The position numbers and the translations under genes were made by a program. From Staphylococcus phage LY01, in sequence record OR836606.1: a DNA stretch of 64,000 nucleotides. One strand, written 5' to 3'. Of the stretch, positions 47,821 through 58,360 are shown one piece after another. Numbering within the stretch: position 1 is the first letter of the stretch; the number at the start of each line of letters is the position of its first letter. The notes under the pieces were generated by a model. It was not told the DNA's origin. It searched no databases and saw only the letters and a program-made list of their open reading frames with translations.

Positions 47821-50800
47821 TTGGCTAGAAATAAAAAATTTAACACTAGTAAGATAGAGAAGGAGTTTAGAAATAACTCCTCCTCTAAATCTTCTAGAAA
47901 ATATATAGATACTGAATTTAATAAAAATTTAAATAATATAAATTCTAACGATATGAAACGTATGATGGATCAAAACAATCCATTAAAAGCAGTTAAAGAA
48001 TTAAAGAATAAAAAGAAAAAGCAACTACAAAAGATAAGTGAATCAACTAGAGATTTATCTAAAGAAGCTTTAGAATCTACTAAAAATACCTTTAAAACTG
48101 GAGAAACAATTCAAGATAAAGGATCATTAAAAAACTTCAATAGTATGGGTATGGATTTCAGTGGAGATTTTGAAGATTTTAGTTTTGATGATAGTTTTTC
48201 AGATATAGATTCCGACATAGATAATTCTTTAGATGATGGAGATTTCAAATTTGATGACTTTGATAAGGAAGATGATAATAAATCTAAAATAGTGTCTTCC
48301 ACAACAATTATCAATAATGACGGTTCTTCTGCTAAATCTACAGCACTATTAACTTCTTCTGTTTCTAATCTTTCTCAAATAAACACTACTGGATTTACTT
48401 CTATGATTAATAACCTTAATTTAATGAGGGAAGCTAATGATAATATTAGAGAAAGTATGTTCCAGAACTTAAACGGATTAATTCAAACTAGTAATGCTAT
48501 TAGACAAAATACTAAAATTAAAAATATATCCGAAATAAAGAATAGTAATTCATTAGAAGACTTATTTTTATCAAATATAACTTTATCAAATATATTAGAA
48601 GGATCTCAAGAAGAAGGATTTAAAGATAAAGCTAAAGACTTCATCAAAAAACAAGGAACAGAATTACTTAAAGAAGTTATTGGTTCTAAAAAACAAGGAA
48701 TTAAAAGTTCAGGTTTAGTTGATTTAGCTAAAGGTAAAGCTTTTGATTTCCTTAATAATGAAGATACTTTTATAGAGAAAGCGGTTGGCAAATTTGCTAA
48801 TAAAAAACTTAGTCCTTTTAGAGATAATGATAATGGTACTAAACAAAGGAAAAGAGATAAAAGAAGAGATGATTTACTTGAAGACGTTAAATTAGGTAAA
48901 AGCAAGTTAATTGATAAAATATTTGATAATGTAACTGGCGGTATATCAACTGCTAATAAAAAAGATAGAAATCAAAAAGTTGCTTTTGATGTGGAAACTC
49001 ATAATACAATTAATACAGTTATCCCTGGCTATTTATCTAAAATAGTTGGTTTAACTTCAGAAGATGGTCAAGAAATCCACTATGATTATGATTCAGGTTC
49101 TTTTAAAACTTCCAAATCTATTAAAAATGATATAGAAAAAAGAGTTAATAAAACTATCAAAGAATCTAGTTTTACTAAAGAATTTGAAAATATGGCTTCT
49201 GAAATGGGTATTGATCTGTTTAATAATGAAAGTAATAAAAATAAAGCCACATCTAAAATTAAAGAAATTATTTCTAGAAATATTAACAAAAGTGATGAAC
49301 TTGATCAAATTAAATCTAATGACCCAAATGACCCATTTAATATTCTTCTAGATAAAATATTTAATGATAAAGAAGCTAAAACTAGTTTAACTAAAACTAG
49401 AATGCAATTAAATAAAGAATCTAAAGATATTAAGAGAAAATTATCGGGTAGTTCTATAAATGCTCTTAATGACAAGAGTAAAAGAAAAGGTACTTCTAAA
49501 AATATTACATCCAAATTAAGTAATGGAAATAAAAGTGGTATTCTTAGTACTAACAAAGATACTTTATACGATAATATTAACTTTAATATCGTTAATAGAG
49601 ATATAAGTGAGATCAAAAAGATTGTTTCTAGAATAAATAATAAAATACCTGAGAAAAGATATAATAATTCTAACGATAGTAAGTCAAGTGACTTTATTAA
49701 TAATACAAATCAATCTAATGATAATATTTCCAGAGAAATAGATCCTAGAGAGCAAACTTTAAACCAAAATACTTCTTCTAGATCAAATCAGAATAGAGAA
49801 TATGATAATACTAAAAATGGAGATAATGGATCTACTATTATTCCTAATGAACAAATTTTAGAAGATGGACAAACAAAATCGTCTGAAAGTTCAGATAATA
49901 AAGATTTTATAGATAGAATAGAAGAAGCTCAAGATCTTATCGATAGCAATAAATATGTTAAAGAGAAATTTGACAAATATAAAAATAAAGGTAAAAACTT
50001 TGCTAAAGAAAAAATAGGTAAATTGTCCAATACTAAATTAGGTAGTAAAATAACTAGTATGGGCGGTGCTTTAACTGGTAAATTTGCTGCTGGCGGTGCT
50101 TTAATGGCAGGTGCAGGTAGTAGACTTAAAGGAAAACTTAAGGCTAGAGCTACTAGAATGGCTGCTGGAAAAGGTACTAAAAAAGCTATAGGTAAAGGAT
50201 TACTTAAAGCAGGTTCTAAAGTAGGTGCTCGTGTTGGGTTAAATGCTATTCCCGTAGTTGGACAAATTGCATCATTAGCATTAGCCGGTCCAGATATTAT
50301 TAGAACAATAGCCAATCCAATAGAATCGTTAAAACATCCAATTAAAACATTAGGTAGTATTATTGGTTTCAATGACCACCCTTCTAAAACTAAAAAAGAA
50401 CAAGAAAAGTTAGATTCAACTCAACCTGGCGGAGAAAATTTTGCAATTGATCCTTTAGTTGATACTAAAATGAATGGATCTATAGATAAATCTTCAATTA
50501 TTGGAGATTTTATTAAAGATAATCCATTATTAGCTTCCACTCCTTTATTAGGATTAGCAGGAATGGGTTTATATAAATCAATTGTAAAACCGGCATTCGG
50601 TTTAGGTATGAATATGGTTCAAAAAACTACCGGTATGGCTAAGAGTTTTGGAGATCAAACTGATATGGCTATGGAAGAGAAAACAAGTGGCTTTGGCGGT
50701 TTGATTAAAAAAGTTGTCGGCGGTGCTTCTATGTTAATGATGGCACCTTTGGCATTGGCTGGTAAAGGTTTAAGTAATTTAACTGGTATGACTTCAACGC

Positions 50801-53523
50801 TTCTTCAAGGAGGAACTGGTCTAATTAAATCTGGTTGGAATTGGTTAAACGAAAAATTCTCTAGTTATGAAGAAGAAATGGGAAATATGAGTAAAGAAAT
50901 GACTGAAGCTAGTAAAGAAGAATTAAGTTCATATCAAGAAGGAATTGAAAGTGAAGCATCTGATAGAGCTAAAAAAGAGATAGCGGAAATGCAAGGTATG
51001 TCAGATAAAGCTAATAAAGATGCTGAAAAACAAGTAAAAGAATCCGCAGAAAAAACCAGAGACGATATTAAAAAAGATGTAGATGAAACTATGAAGAATT
51101 CACCATTATCAATAATGGGTAGAATTGGTCATCAAATGAATAAATTGATGCCTAAAAATCTTATGAGTAAACTTAAGAAAACTCCTAAAAAATTAGCTGA
51201 AACTATGATGCGTATGTCTCCTTTTTATACTTTATTAAGTAAGAAGAAAAAGAAAAAATCTAAATTAGATATAAATGAGCCAGGCGGAGAAGTAGTTAAT
51301 ACTATTGGAGACTGGTTTGATAAGCTCGGCGGTATGATGAATGATATCATGGCTGGTTTTATGGCCGGCTCTGGATCAAGTTCAGCGGAAGCCTCTGAAA
51401 TCTCAGATGGCGATGCAGCTTCAGTAGGCGGAGAAGGCGCTGAGAAAATATGGAATTTCCTAACTGGTAAGGGACTATCAGAAGAACAAGTTGCAGGTAT
51501 ATTAGGTAACTTTGAACATGAATCTGGAAATAGACCAGATAGAGTTCAAGGAGATGTAGCATTTGACGAAGCAAAAGCAAATAGTTCTATATCAGGTTAT
51601 GGTATAGGTATTGCTCAATGGGATAATGTCCGTAGACAAGGTTTAATGAAGTATGCTAAAAAACAAGGTAAAAAATGGAGTGACTTGGATTTACAATTAG
51701 ATTATTTATGGTATGAATTACAAGGTCCCGAAAGTGCTGCGTTTTCACATCTTAAATCTACTAAAACAGTAGAACAAGCTGCTGCTTCATGGGTGAGTAA
51801 ATATGAAAGAGCGGGTGTACCTGCATTAGGAAACCGTGTATCCTCAGGAAATGCTTTTCTTAAAAAATTTAGTGGTTCTTCTAAAAAATCAACTAAGAAA
51901 AAAGGCGGCGGTGGAGGAGGCTCTAATACAATAGATACTGCTTACTTAAAACAATTTTCTAATATGAGTTCTTCCACTAAAAATATTAATGTAAGAAAAG
52001 TTGCTTATAAAAATAAAGGACTAATTAAAGGAAATCCTCCTATTCAAAAAGGCGGCGGTGGAGGAGGCAGTAGTGGCAACGTTCAAGCTAAAATTAAGAA
52101 AGCTGTAGAATGGGCCAAGAAACAAGTTGGAGCTTCTTACTCACAACCTAACCGTGATGGTGCTAATTCATTTGACTGTTCAAGTTTAGTCTATCGTTCT
52201 TATAGAAAAGCAGGATTAACTGATGTTCCACAAGGTGCTACTACACATACTTTTTGGGATGGAGGTACTCCTTTCGAAAAAATAAACCCTAAAAAAGATG
52301 GATTAAAAGTTGGAGATATTATTTTATGCGCTAATGTGGAACACGTAACAATCTATATCGGTAATGGAAAACAAGTAGAGTCAAATGGAGTTGAAGGCGT
52401 TGTTATCAACAGTGCGAATAAATATAAAAATCAATTTGGTATAGATGGATACATGCGTTATAAAGGCGGCGGACCAAGTGATGGAGGATCTGATAGTGAA
52501 GAGTCTGGAGGAGATTCTCCAGGCGCTTCAGAATACAGCTTTAAAAATGGCACTTGGTACGGATCAATTACTGGTCGTGATGATAACCGTATGGATGAAG
52601 AAGAACAAGAAGCTTTAAATGACCGTTTAATGAAACGTTATGCTCAGATATATGGAATTGATTATGAAGAAGCTAAGAAAATTGACCAAGAACAACAAGA
52701 AAAACTTAAATCTGAAGCTGGCAAGAAAAAATCTGAGTCAGGATCTTCATCTGGTTCGGAAGGATCAACGGGTTCATCTAGTTCAAGTGGATCTGATGGA
52801 AGAGATGGGTCAAATGGACAAGATGGATCATCTTCATCAACTTCAGGTCAATCTCAACAACAAGGTTCAGGAAATTCTTCTGGAGGAAGTACTGTAATTA
52901 ACAATGGAGGAAATACTAATTCTACTATAGTTAATAATAATTATACTTCACCAGGTGCCGCTACTAGTAATTCAACTACCCAACAAATAATTCAAGGGAA
53001 TAATAATACTGTAAGAAATATTTATAATATCACTAATAATTATAATAATTCCACGGTATCTTACAAAAATGGTCCTATGAAAGTTGATAATCAAAAACGC
53101 ATGGATTTAGATGAAATTACTAAGCATACAAGCAATATTGATAAGAATACGGCTAAAATGTTAGAACAGCTTAAGAAAATGTCATTTAAAGGTAATAACT
53201 CTATTATTAATAATAAAGGTAATAATATCTTTAATAACACTACTATCAATGATAAAGGTGACTTAGTTGACCCTAAAGGTAATGTAATTATCAAAGAAAT
53301 TAATAAAGAAATTGATAAAATCATTAAGGACAATTTACAAAATAACCCAGATATTATTAATAATGGTAATATTAATCCTAATGATTCATATAATCCTGGT
53401 ACTGGTGGAAATAACGGTCCTTCACAAGGAGATCCAGATCTTCAAGAAGCTATTAATAGATCTTATGGAGATCAATTTAATATTGACGTGAGATCTGCTA
53501 TACCAGTATTTTCAGGTAAATAA
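47821..53523 (+). CDS. giant virion-associated protein 2 (1900 aa), paralog of protein 1, carrying a lysozyme-like glycosidase module and an NlpC/P60 (CHAP-like) cysteine peptidase module
   Basis: TTG GCT start after AGGAGGTGG; GILGNFEHESGNRPDRVQG...GYGIGIAQWD (phage tail lysozyme-like); NlpC/P60 Cys FDCSSLVYRSY and His HVTIYIGNG; N-terminal region homologous to protein 1 (FDVETHNTINTVIPGYLSKI vs FDMESHTSINKVIPDFLSRI). Confidence 0.7.
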   Translation: MARNKKFNTSKIEKEFRNNSSSKSSRKYIDTEFNKNLNNINSNDMKRMMDQNNPLKAVKELKNKKKKQLQKISESTRDLSKEALESTKNTFKTGETIQDKGSLKNFNSMGMDFSGDFEDFSFDDSFSDIDSDIDNSLDDGDFKFDDFDKEDDNKSKIVSSTTIINNDGSSAKSTALLTSSVSNLSQINTTGFTSMINNLNLMREANDNIRESMFQNLNGLIQTSNAIRQNTKIKNISEIKNSNSLEDLFLSNITLSNILEGSQEEGFKDKAKDFIKKQGTELLKEVIGSKKQGIKSSGLVDLAKGKAFDFLNNEDTFIEKAVGKFANKKLSPFRDNDNGTKQRKRDKRRDDLLEDVKLGKSKLIDKIFDNVTGGISTANKKDRNQKVAFDVETHNTINTVIPGYLSKIVGLTSEDGQEIHYDYDSGSFKTSKSIKNDIEKRVNKTIKESSFTKEFENMASEMGIDLFNNESNKNKATSKIKEIISRNINKSDELDQIKSNDPNDPFNILLDKIFNDKEAKTSLTKTRMQLNKESKDIKRKLSGSSINALNDKSKRKGTSKNITSKLSNGNKSGILSTNKDTLYDNINFNIVNRDISEIKKIVSRINNKIPEKRYNNSNDSKSSDFINNTNQSNDNISREIDPREQTLNQNTSSRSNQNREYDNTKNGDNGSTIIPNEQILEDGQTKSSESSDNKDFIDRIEEAQDLIDSNKYVKEKFDKYKNKGKNFAKEKIGKLSNTKLGSKITSMGGALTGKFAAGGALMAGAGSRLKGKLKARATRMAAGKGTKKAIGKGLLKAGSKVGARVGLNAIPVVGQIASLALAGPDIIRTIANPIESLKHPIKTLGSIIGFNDHPSKTKKEQEKLDSTQPGGENFAIDPLVDTKMNGSIDKSSIIGDFIKDNPLLASTPLLGLAGMGLYKSIVKPAFGLGMNMVQKTTGMAKSFGDQTDMAMEEKTSGFGGLIKKVVGGASMLMMAPLALAGKGLSNLTGMTSTLLQGGTGLIKSGWNWLNEKFSSYEEEMGNMSKEMTEASKEELSSYQEGIESEASDRAKKEIAEMQGMSDKANKDAEKQVKESAEKTRDDIKKDVDETMKNSPLSIMGRIGHQMNKLMPKNLMSKLKKTPKKLAETMMRMSPFYTLLSKKKKKKSKLDINEPGGEVVNTIGDWFDKLGGMMNDIMAGFMAGSGSSSAEASEISDGDAASVGGEGAEKIWNFLTGKGLSEEQVAGILGNFEHESGNRPDRVQGDVAFDEAKANSSISGYGIGIAQWDNVRRQGLMKYAKKQGKKWSDLDLQLDYLWYELQGPESAAFSHLKSTKTVEQAAASWVSKYERAGVPALGNRVSSGNAFLKKFSGSSKKSTKKKGGGGGGSNTIDTAYLKQFSNMSSSTKNINVRKVAYKNKGLIKGNPPIQKGGGGGGSSGNVQAKIKKAVEWAKKQVGASYSQPNRDGANSFDCSSLVYRSYRKAGLTDVPQGATTHTFWDGGTPFEKINPKKDGLKVGDIILCANVEHVTIYIGNGKQVESNGVEGVVINSANKYKNQFGIDGYMRYKGGGPSDGGSDSEESGGDSPGASEYSFKNGTWYGSITGRDDNRMDEEEQEALNDRLMKRYAQIYGIDYEEAKKIDQEQQEKLKSEAGKKKSESGSSSGSEGSTGSSSSSGSDGRDGSNGQDGSSSSTSGQSQQQGSGNSSGGSTVINNGGNTNSTIVNNNYTSPGAATSNSTTQQIIQGNNNTVRNIYNITNNYNNSTVSYKNGPMKVDNQKRMDLDEITKHTSNIDKNTAKMLEQLKKMSFKGNNSIINNKGNNIFNNTTINDKGDLVDPKGNVIIKEINKEIDKIIKDNLQNNPDIINNGNINPNDSYNPGTGGNNGPSQGDPDLQEAINRSYGDQFNIDVRSAIPVFSGK

Positions 53524-53574
53524 AGTTAATGATTTAAATAAATAGAAGAACAACTTTTTTATATAGTAAAAATT

Positions 53575-53612
53575 ATGCGGATATGACAATTTATTATATG
53601 TCATATCCGCAT
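53575..53612 (+). terminator. terminator-like hairpin atgcggatatgacaatttattatatgtcatatccgcat after giant gene 2; overlaps the ORF-track start of the next gene
   Basis: 15 bp stem. The called ATG at 53583 lies inside the hairpin, so the real start of the next gene is probably downstream, e.g. MEKLNIRDEDI at ~53715. Confidence 0.45.
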
Positions 53613-55142
53613 ATATTATTTCAGAAATTAAAAAAGGATGTGAAATCTAAATTGCCTAATGAAAAAGATATAAAAGAACAAATTGAAAAAGCTGAGAAAA
53701 AAGCCAAAGAAAAAGAAATGGAAAAGCTTAATATTAGAGATGAAGATATAGCATTAATACCTCAGCCTGATGAAGGTAAAGGAGATTACGATTTCCATGA
53801 ATATGATCCTAGTCAAAATGATTTAGGTGTATTTAAAGACGCTACAGGTAATACTCGTGACATTTCTGAGTATGGAGCTTCTGATAAAACTAAATTGAGA
53901 AATGTTAAAGGGGAGTTAGATGTATTTGGAATGCCTATGTACTATTCTAGCTTAGATGATCCTAATAGAAGAATATATAAAAGAACATTTGAGTTAGATT
54001 TGCCTTTAGTATTTATAATGCCAGGTATGCCTAAATTAAATGGTAAACTATTTGGTAAACCGGGTGAAGGAAAATTATGGAGTTTTGGAGAAGGTTTAGA
54101 CAGATTAGCAAATACTACTGCTGGTTTAGTCGGTATAGGTAATACTAAAGATGGGCGTATGGTTAGTTTTGAACCTAAAATGAGTGAGTACTATAAATAC
54201 GTGCAAACTATGGGAAGTCAATTACATGCTTCTATGGGTTTAAAAGGTTCATTTGATTTGGGTGGCTCTCTAGATGATAAAAACTATGGATTAGCTTATT
54301 ATGCTGATAAAGCTACTAGTGTATCTGAATCTGGAATGCATGAATATAATCAATCTGATATAGCTTCTCAAATTAATAATAAAAACCAAGAAATTCGTGA
54401 AGAAAAAGAAATGGCTCGTATTGGAGGAGCTTCTATTTTAGGTAAAATTACAAGATCTATTAAAGATAGTATCAATGATATGGTTGCAAGTATGCCAGTA
54501 TTGGGTGGTATAGTTGGTAACTTTATGGAAAACCTAGATGGTGCGTCTATGTATTATCCTGATATTTGGATGAATTCAACTTTTGACCGTACTTATAATT
54601 TAGAATTTAAATTCTATAGTGCGTATGGAGATCCTCAATCTATTTTTGAAAATGTATACTTGCCATTTATGTCATTATTAGTATTAGCTTTACCTTTACA
54701 AGATTCTATTTTCTCATATAAACAACCATTCATTGTTAGAGCAAATTGTCCTGGTAGATTTGAATGCCATACAGGTATTATAACATCAATGAATATAGTT
54801 CGTGGAGAAGAAGGTACATGGACAGCAGATGGTTTCCCTAGAGAAATAACAGTTTCACTAAATGTAAGAGATATGTACCCTAACTTAATGGCATCAAAAT
54901 CATTCCAACGTATGAAATTTAATACAGGTTTAATTTCTTATATTGATTGTTTAGCAGGTATTAGAAGAGATCAACTATCAATTATAGATAAAGCTCAAAT
55001 TAATATGCAAAATCAATATTCAAGAAGTATGCAAGTGTTAAAAGGAAGAGTATTTAAACAGCAAATAGATGATACAATTTATGGTTATAAATCTCAAACA
55101 AACCCTCATCCTAACAGTGCTATTGGAAGTACATTATCATAA
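53583..55142 (+). CDS. hypothetical structural (tail/baseplate?) protein (~475-519 aa); start uncertain
   Basis: ORF track; position between giant virion proteins and tail genes. Confidence 0.45.
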   Translation: MTIYYMSYPHILFQKLKKDVKSKLPNEKDIKEQIEKAEKKAKEKEMEKLNIRDEDIALIPQPDEGKGDYDFHEYDPSQNDLGVFKDATGNTRDISEYGASDKTKLRNVKGELDVFGMPMYYSSLDDPNRRIYKRTFELDLPLVFIMPGMPKLNGKLFGKPGEGKLWSFGEGLDRLANTTAGLVGIGNTKDGRMVSFEPKMSEYYKYVQTMGSQLHASMGLKGSFDLGGSLDDKNYGLAYYADKATSVSESGMHEYNQSDIASQINNKNQEIREEKEMARIGGASILGKITRSIKDSINDMVASMPVLGGIVGNFMENLDGASMYYPDIWMNSTFDRTYNLEFKFYSAYGDPQSIFENVYLPFMSLLVLALPLQDSIFSYKQPFIVRANCPGRFECHTGIITSMNIVRGEEGTWTADGFPREITVSLNVRDMYPNLMASKSFQRMKFNTGLISYIDCLAGIRRDQLSIIDKAQINMQNQYSRSMQVLKGRVFKQQIDDTIYGYKSQTNPHPNSAIGSTLS

Positions 55143-55172
55143 AATATTATAGAAAAGAGTTGAGTTATTATA

Positions 55173-57338
55173 ATGAAGCTTTATAGAATAGAAGAATTAA
55201 TTGACAGAAATAATAATGGTGAAATTGTTATTACTAAAATTAAAGATAATGAAAATAGACCATTGATTACAACCAAAACTAAAAAGAAAGAAAAATTATT
55301 ATTAAAAATAGAATTTGATTCTGAAGAATATAAAAAATTATCTTTTAATGAATATGAAGAGGTTAATCTATTTGAATCAACTTCATATATTAAAAAAGAA
55401 TATGGTATTGAAAATCCCATATTAAAACAAAACGAATTAACTAAAGATGTTTTAGTATATGAAGAAAGACCTTATGAATTAATTGGTGAATTAAAATATG
55501 ATTTATTCACTATTTATTATAATTACTTAGGTAAAATGGAAAGAATATACGATACCAACTATATAGGTAATATCGAGTATGAAGATTTAAATTTTAATAA
55601 TTTGGTAGAAAGAGAGGTGAAAATTGAGCCGTATCCGCCAATTTATAGAGATAATAATAAATACCCTAAAGATTATGCGTTTAATCAAAAAATATTAAAA
55701 GAATCTGAATTAGTAGATGGAATTATATATAATGGTTTAATAGAAGATGGAAGAATATTCTATGATGCATATTTAGGAGATACTTATAGAACTAGAGAAA
55801 GTGATTTCGATGGAGCATATAAGCGTAATTCAGGATATGACAGGTTCTTAGGAAAAGGATATGTGACTATAGAAGATGGAATATTAGAAATGAAAATTAA
55901 TATCCCTAAATCTTCTTATTATGAAGTAAGATTTGGTGCTGGAAACCATTATAATAATGGTACAGTAAATAAAGTGTTTATAGATAATGTAGGAAGTTAT
56001 TTTAGAACTCCTACGAATAGAAGTTTAGTTTGGTTTAGATCTATATTAGAAAAATATAATGACACAACAGATGAATATTTTGAAGAGGAACCAATATATT
56101 TAGAAAAAGGAACTCATACATTTAAATTTGAATATGATAAAAACTTCTCTACTAAAGAAAATGATATAGATGTTATATTACTAAAAGAAGTTGAATTTCC
56201 TGAAGCTAAAAATCCTTTCTATTCTAAAAAAGAAAATTATTTCAAAGTAGGAACTAGAACTATAATACCTATCAAAGATTTCTATATAGATAACGATTCT
56301 TATAATCAAGGAACTGGTAAAACTTTAGAGACTTTTAAAATAGATAATAATGCCACGAATATAGAAGAAGTTAGTAGTTTATCTGATAAATTTTCTTTAA
56401 CTACAGGAACTGTCAAGAATATTGTAACTTTAACTGAATCTGGAATGTATGATTTTAAAATATTGTTTAGAAGAAAATTTAATAATGATGAAATAAAGAA
56501 TTCTAAACAAGAGGAAGCTGTAGTAAATATTAATGGTAAAAACTATATTGCTAAGGTTCATGAAGATCATAACAATTTGTGTACTTTAGGTCTTTATAAA
56601 AGATTTCCCGAAATGAATATAGATGAATATATCAATGAAATTTATCTTAGAAAAGAAAATAATATACAAATAACTACAGCTGATGAAAATAATTTCTTAT
56701 TTGATTCTCTTATTATAAATTCAAATACTGTTAAGAAACATTCAGATGTTAATAAAAAGGCATTAGTATATCCTAATATTAAAAATTATTATTTTATATA
56801 TGAAGATTATGTAATGACCAATGGAAATAATGAATTAAATAATATTGATTCAGATACTGACCCTAGATCATTTGATAGTATTCAATCATACAGTAATGAA
56901 GGAATTGAGTATTATATTAAAGAAGAACCAATACATTATGCGCTTAATAATTTTGACTGGAAAGATAAAAAATTAAAATATGAAGTTCATTATAAGAATA
57001 ATATTCAAGGATTAGAAATTAAAGTTCCTATTGAATCTTATTACTTGCCTAAATTATTAATGATTCATGATGATATGGATTTTGATAGATATATGATATT
57101 TAAGCCTTATATATTTGAATCTATCAAATATACATCTAATGATTTAAGTTATGAAAATTATATACAAAAATTTAGTAAATATGATTCTAAATTAGTTCCT
57201 TTACAAAATTATACAGATGAATTATTATCAGAAATGATATATGACCTTGGAGAAGATTGGAAAGATAGACTATTGAACGAGGTAGTAAATCTGGATGACA
57301 TAACATTTTGTCATATTTACAGCAGAATTAATAAATAA
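55173..57338 (+). CDS. hypothetical structural protein (721 aa)
   Basis: ORF track. Confidence 0.45.
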   Translation: MKLYRIEELIDRNNNGEIVITKIKDNENRPLITTKTKKKEKLLLKIEFDSEEYKKLSFNEYEEVNLFESTSYIKKEYGIENPILKQNELTKDVLVYEERPYELIGELKYDLFTIYYNYLGKMERIYDTNYIGNIEYEDLNFNNLVEREVKIEPYPPIYRDNNKYPKDYAFNQKILKESELVDGIIYNGLIEDGRIFYDAYLGDTYRTRESDFDGAYKRNSGYDRFLGKGYVTIEDGILEMKINIPKSSYYEVRFGAGNHYNNGTVNKVFIDNVGSYFRTPTNRSLVWFRSILEKYNDTTDEYFEEEPIYLEKGTHTFKFEYDKNFSTKENDIDVILLKEVEFPEAKNPFYSKKENYFKVGTRTIIPIKDFYIDNDSYNQGTGKTLETFKIDNNATNIEEVSSLSDKFSLTTGTVKNIVTLTESGMYDFKILFRRKFNNDEIKNSKQEEAVVNINGKNYIAKVHEDHNNLCTLGLYKRFPEMNIDEYINEIYLRKENNIQITTADENNFLFDSLIINSNTVKKHSDVNKKALVYPNIKNYYFIYEDYVMTNGNNELNNIDSDTDPRSFDSIQSYSNEGIEYYIKEEPIHYALNNFDWKDKKLKYEVHYKNNIQGLEIKVPIESYYLPKLLMIHDDMDFDRYMIFKPYIFESIKYTSNDLSYENYIQKFSKYDSKLVPLQNYTDELLSEMIYDLGEDWKDRLLNEVVNLDDITFCHIYSRINK

Positions 57339-57400
57339 TTCAAAAATATTCCCCTAATACTAAATTAATAGTATTAGGGGATTTTATTTGAGAAAATCTA

Positions 57401-58207
57401 TTATTTAAGATCTCCGTTACCAGAGCCGGTGATTCCGCCTTTATTATAGTCGAAATCAGATAAGTTGTCACCAGCAGTTTTAGGTGCAGCTGGATCGAAC
57501 ATACCTTGTTCAGTGAAGCTGTAAATTTCATTAAGTTTAGATTTAGCAAAATCATTTACACGTGAAGAGATTTCCATATTACCTGCAAAGTCTTGCTCAA
57601 TTTGTGCTTCTTCATGAGTTTCCATAGTGTAGTTATGGTGATCAAGAGAAATACGAGTAGGCATTACTGCAGTGTAATAAGCAGCGAATTCAATATTATT
57701 TTTAGATGTATTATTAGCATCCGGACGAGTTTGGATATATAATAATTCACCTGTATGGTTTTTAGCAGCATATTCTAAATTATGAATTTTAGGATAAGTT
57801 GCAATACCAGTACGAGGATCACGGATACCAGATACCCAATATTGATACATATTTTTAATTGGACTACCAGAAAATTCTTGGTGAGTCATTTGGAAACCAG
57901 TGTTTCCTTTTGTAATACTAGCGGCTGTACGATAGTTATTACCATTAAACGTATGCATATATTCATTTGTAGTCATTTCAATATTTTCTAAACCTTGGAA
58001 TGATTTAAAGTTCTTTTGTGTCATAGCTTTAAATCCAGGGAATTGTTTTTCAACCCAAGAAGGAATTTTAGTCCATACTATGAACGAATAACCAGTTACG
58101 AATGGATCAAACTCAAGAGTTTGAAGGTTCATATGTCCATTATAGAACCATTTGTTCTTAGCGATGTTATTGTCAAACACACGCTGATTTTTACTTGGTA
58201 AAATCAT
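57401..58207 (-). CDS. putative tail tube protein (268 aa)
   Basis: Immediately downstream of the tail sheath gene in the same orientation; the canonical sheath-tube order; no motif-level proof. Confidence 0.35.
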   Translation of the reverse strand: MILPSKNQRVFDNNIAKNKWFYNGHMNLQTLEFDPFVTGYSFIVWTKIPSWVEKQFPGFKAMTQKNFKSFQGLENIEMTTNEYMHTFNGNNYRTAASITKGNTGFQMTHQEFSGSPIKNMYQYWVSGIRDPRTGIATYPKIHNLEYAAKNHTGELLYIQTRPDANNTSKNNIEFAAYYTAVMPTRISLDHHNYTMETHEEAQIEQDFAGNMEISSRVNDFAKSKLNEIYSFTEQGMFDPAAPKTAGDNLSDFDYNKGGITGSGNGDLK

Positions 58208-58360
58208 ATATTATTTTCTCCTTTTCATTAATCTTATTTACATAAATGTATATTATAGAAGTTTATATATCATCTTCATACTTATAATTTAATATAAGAT
58301 CTTTATTTATATAATAAAATAGGATACGACTGTATATTAAGTCGTATCCTATAAATTTAA

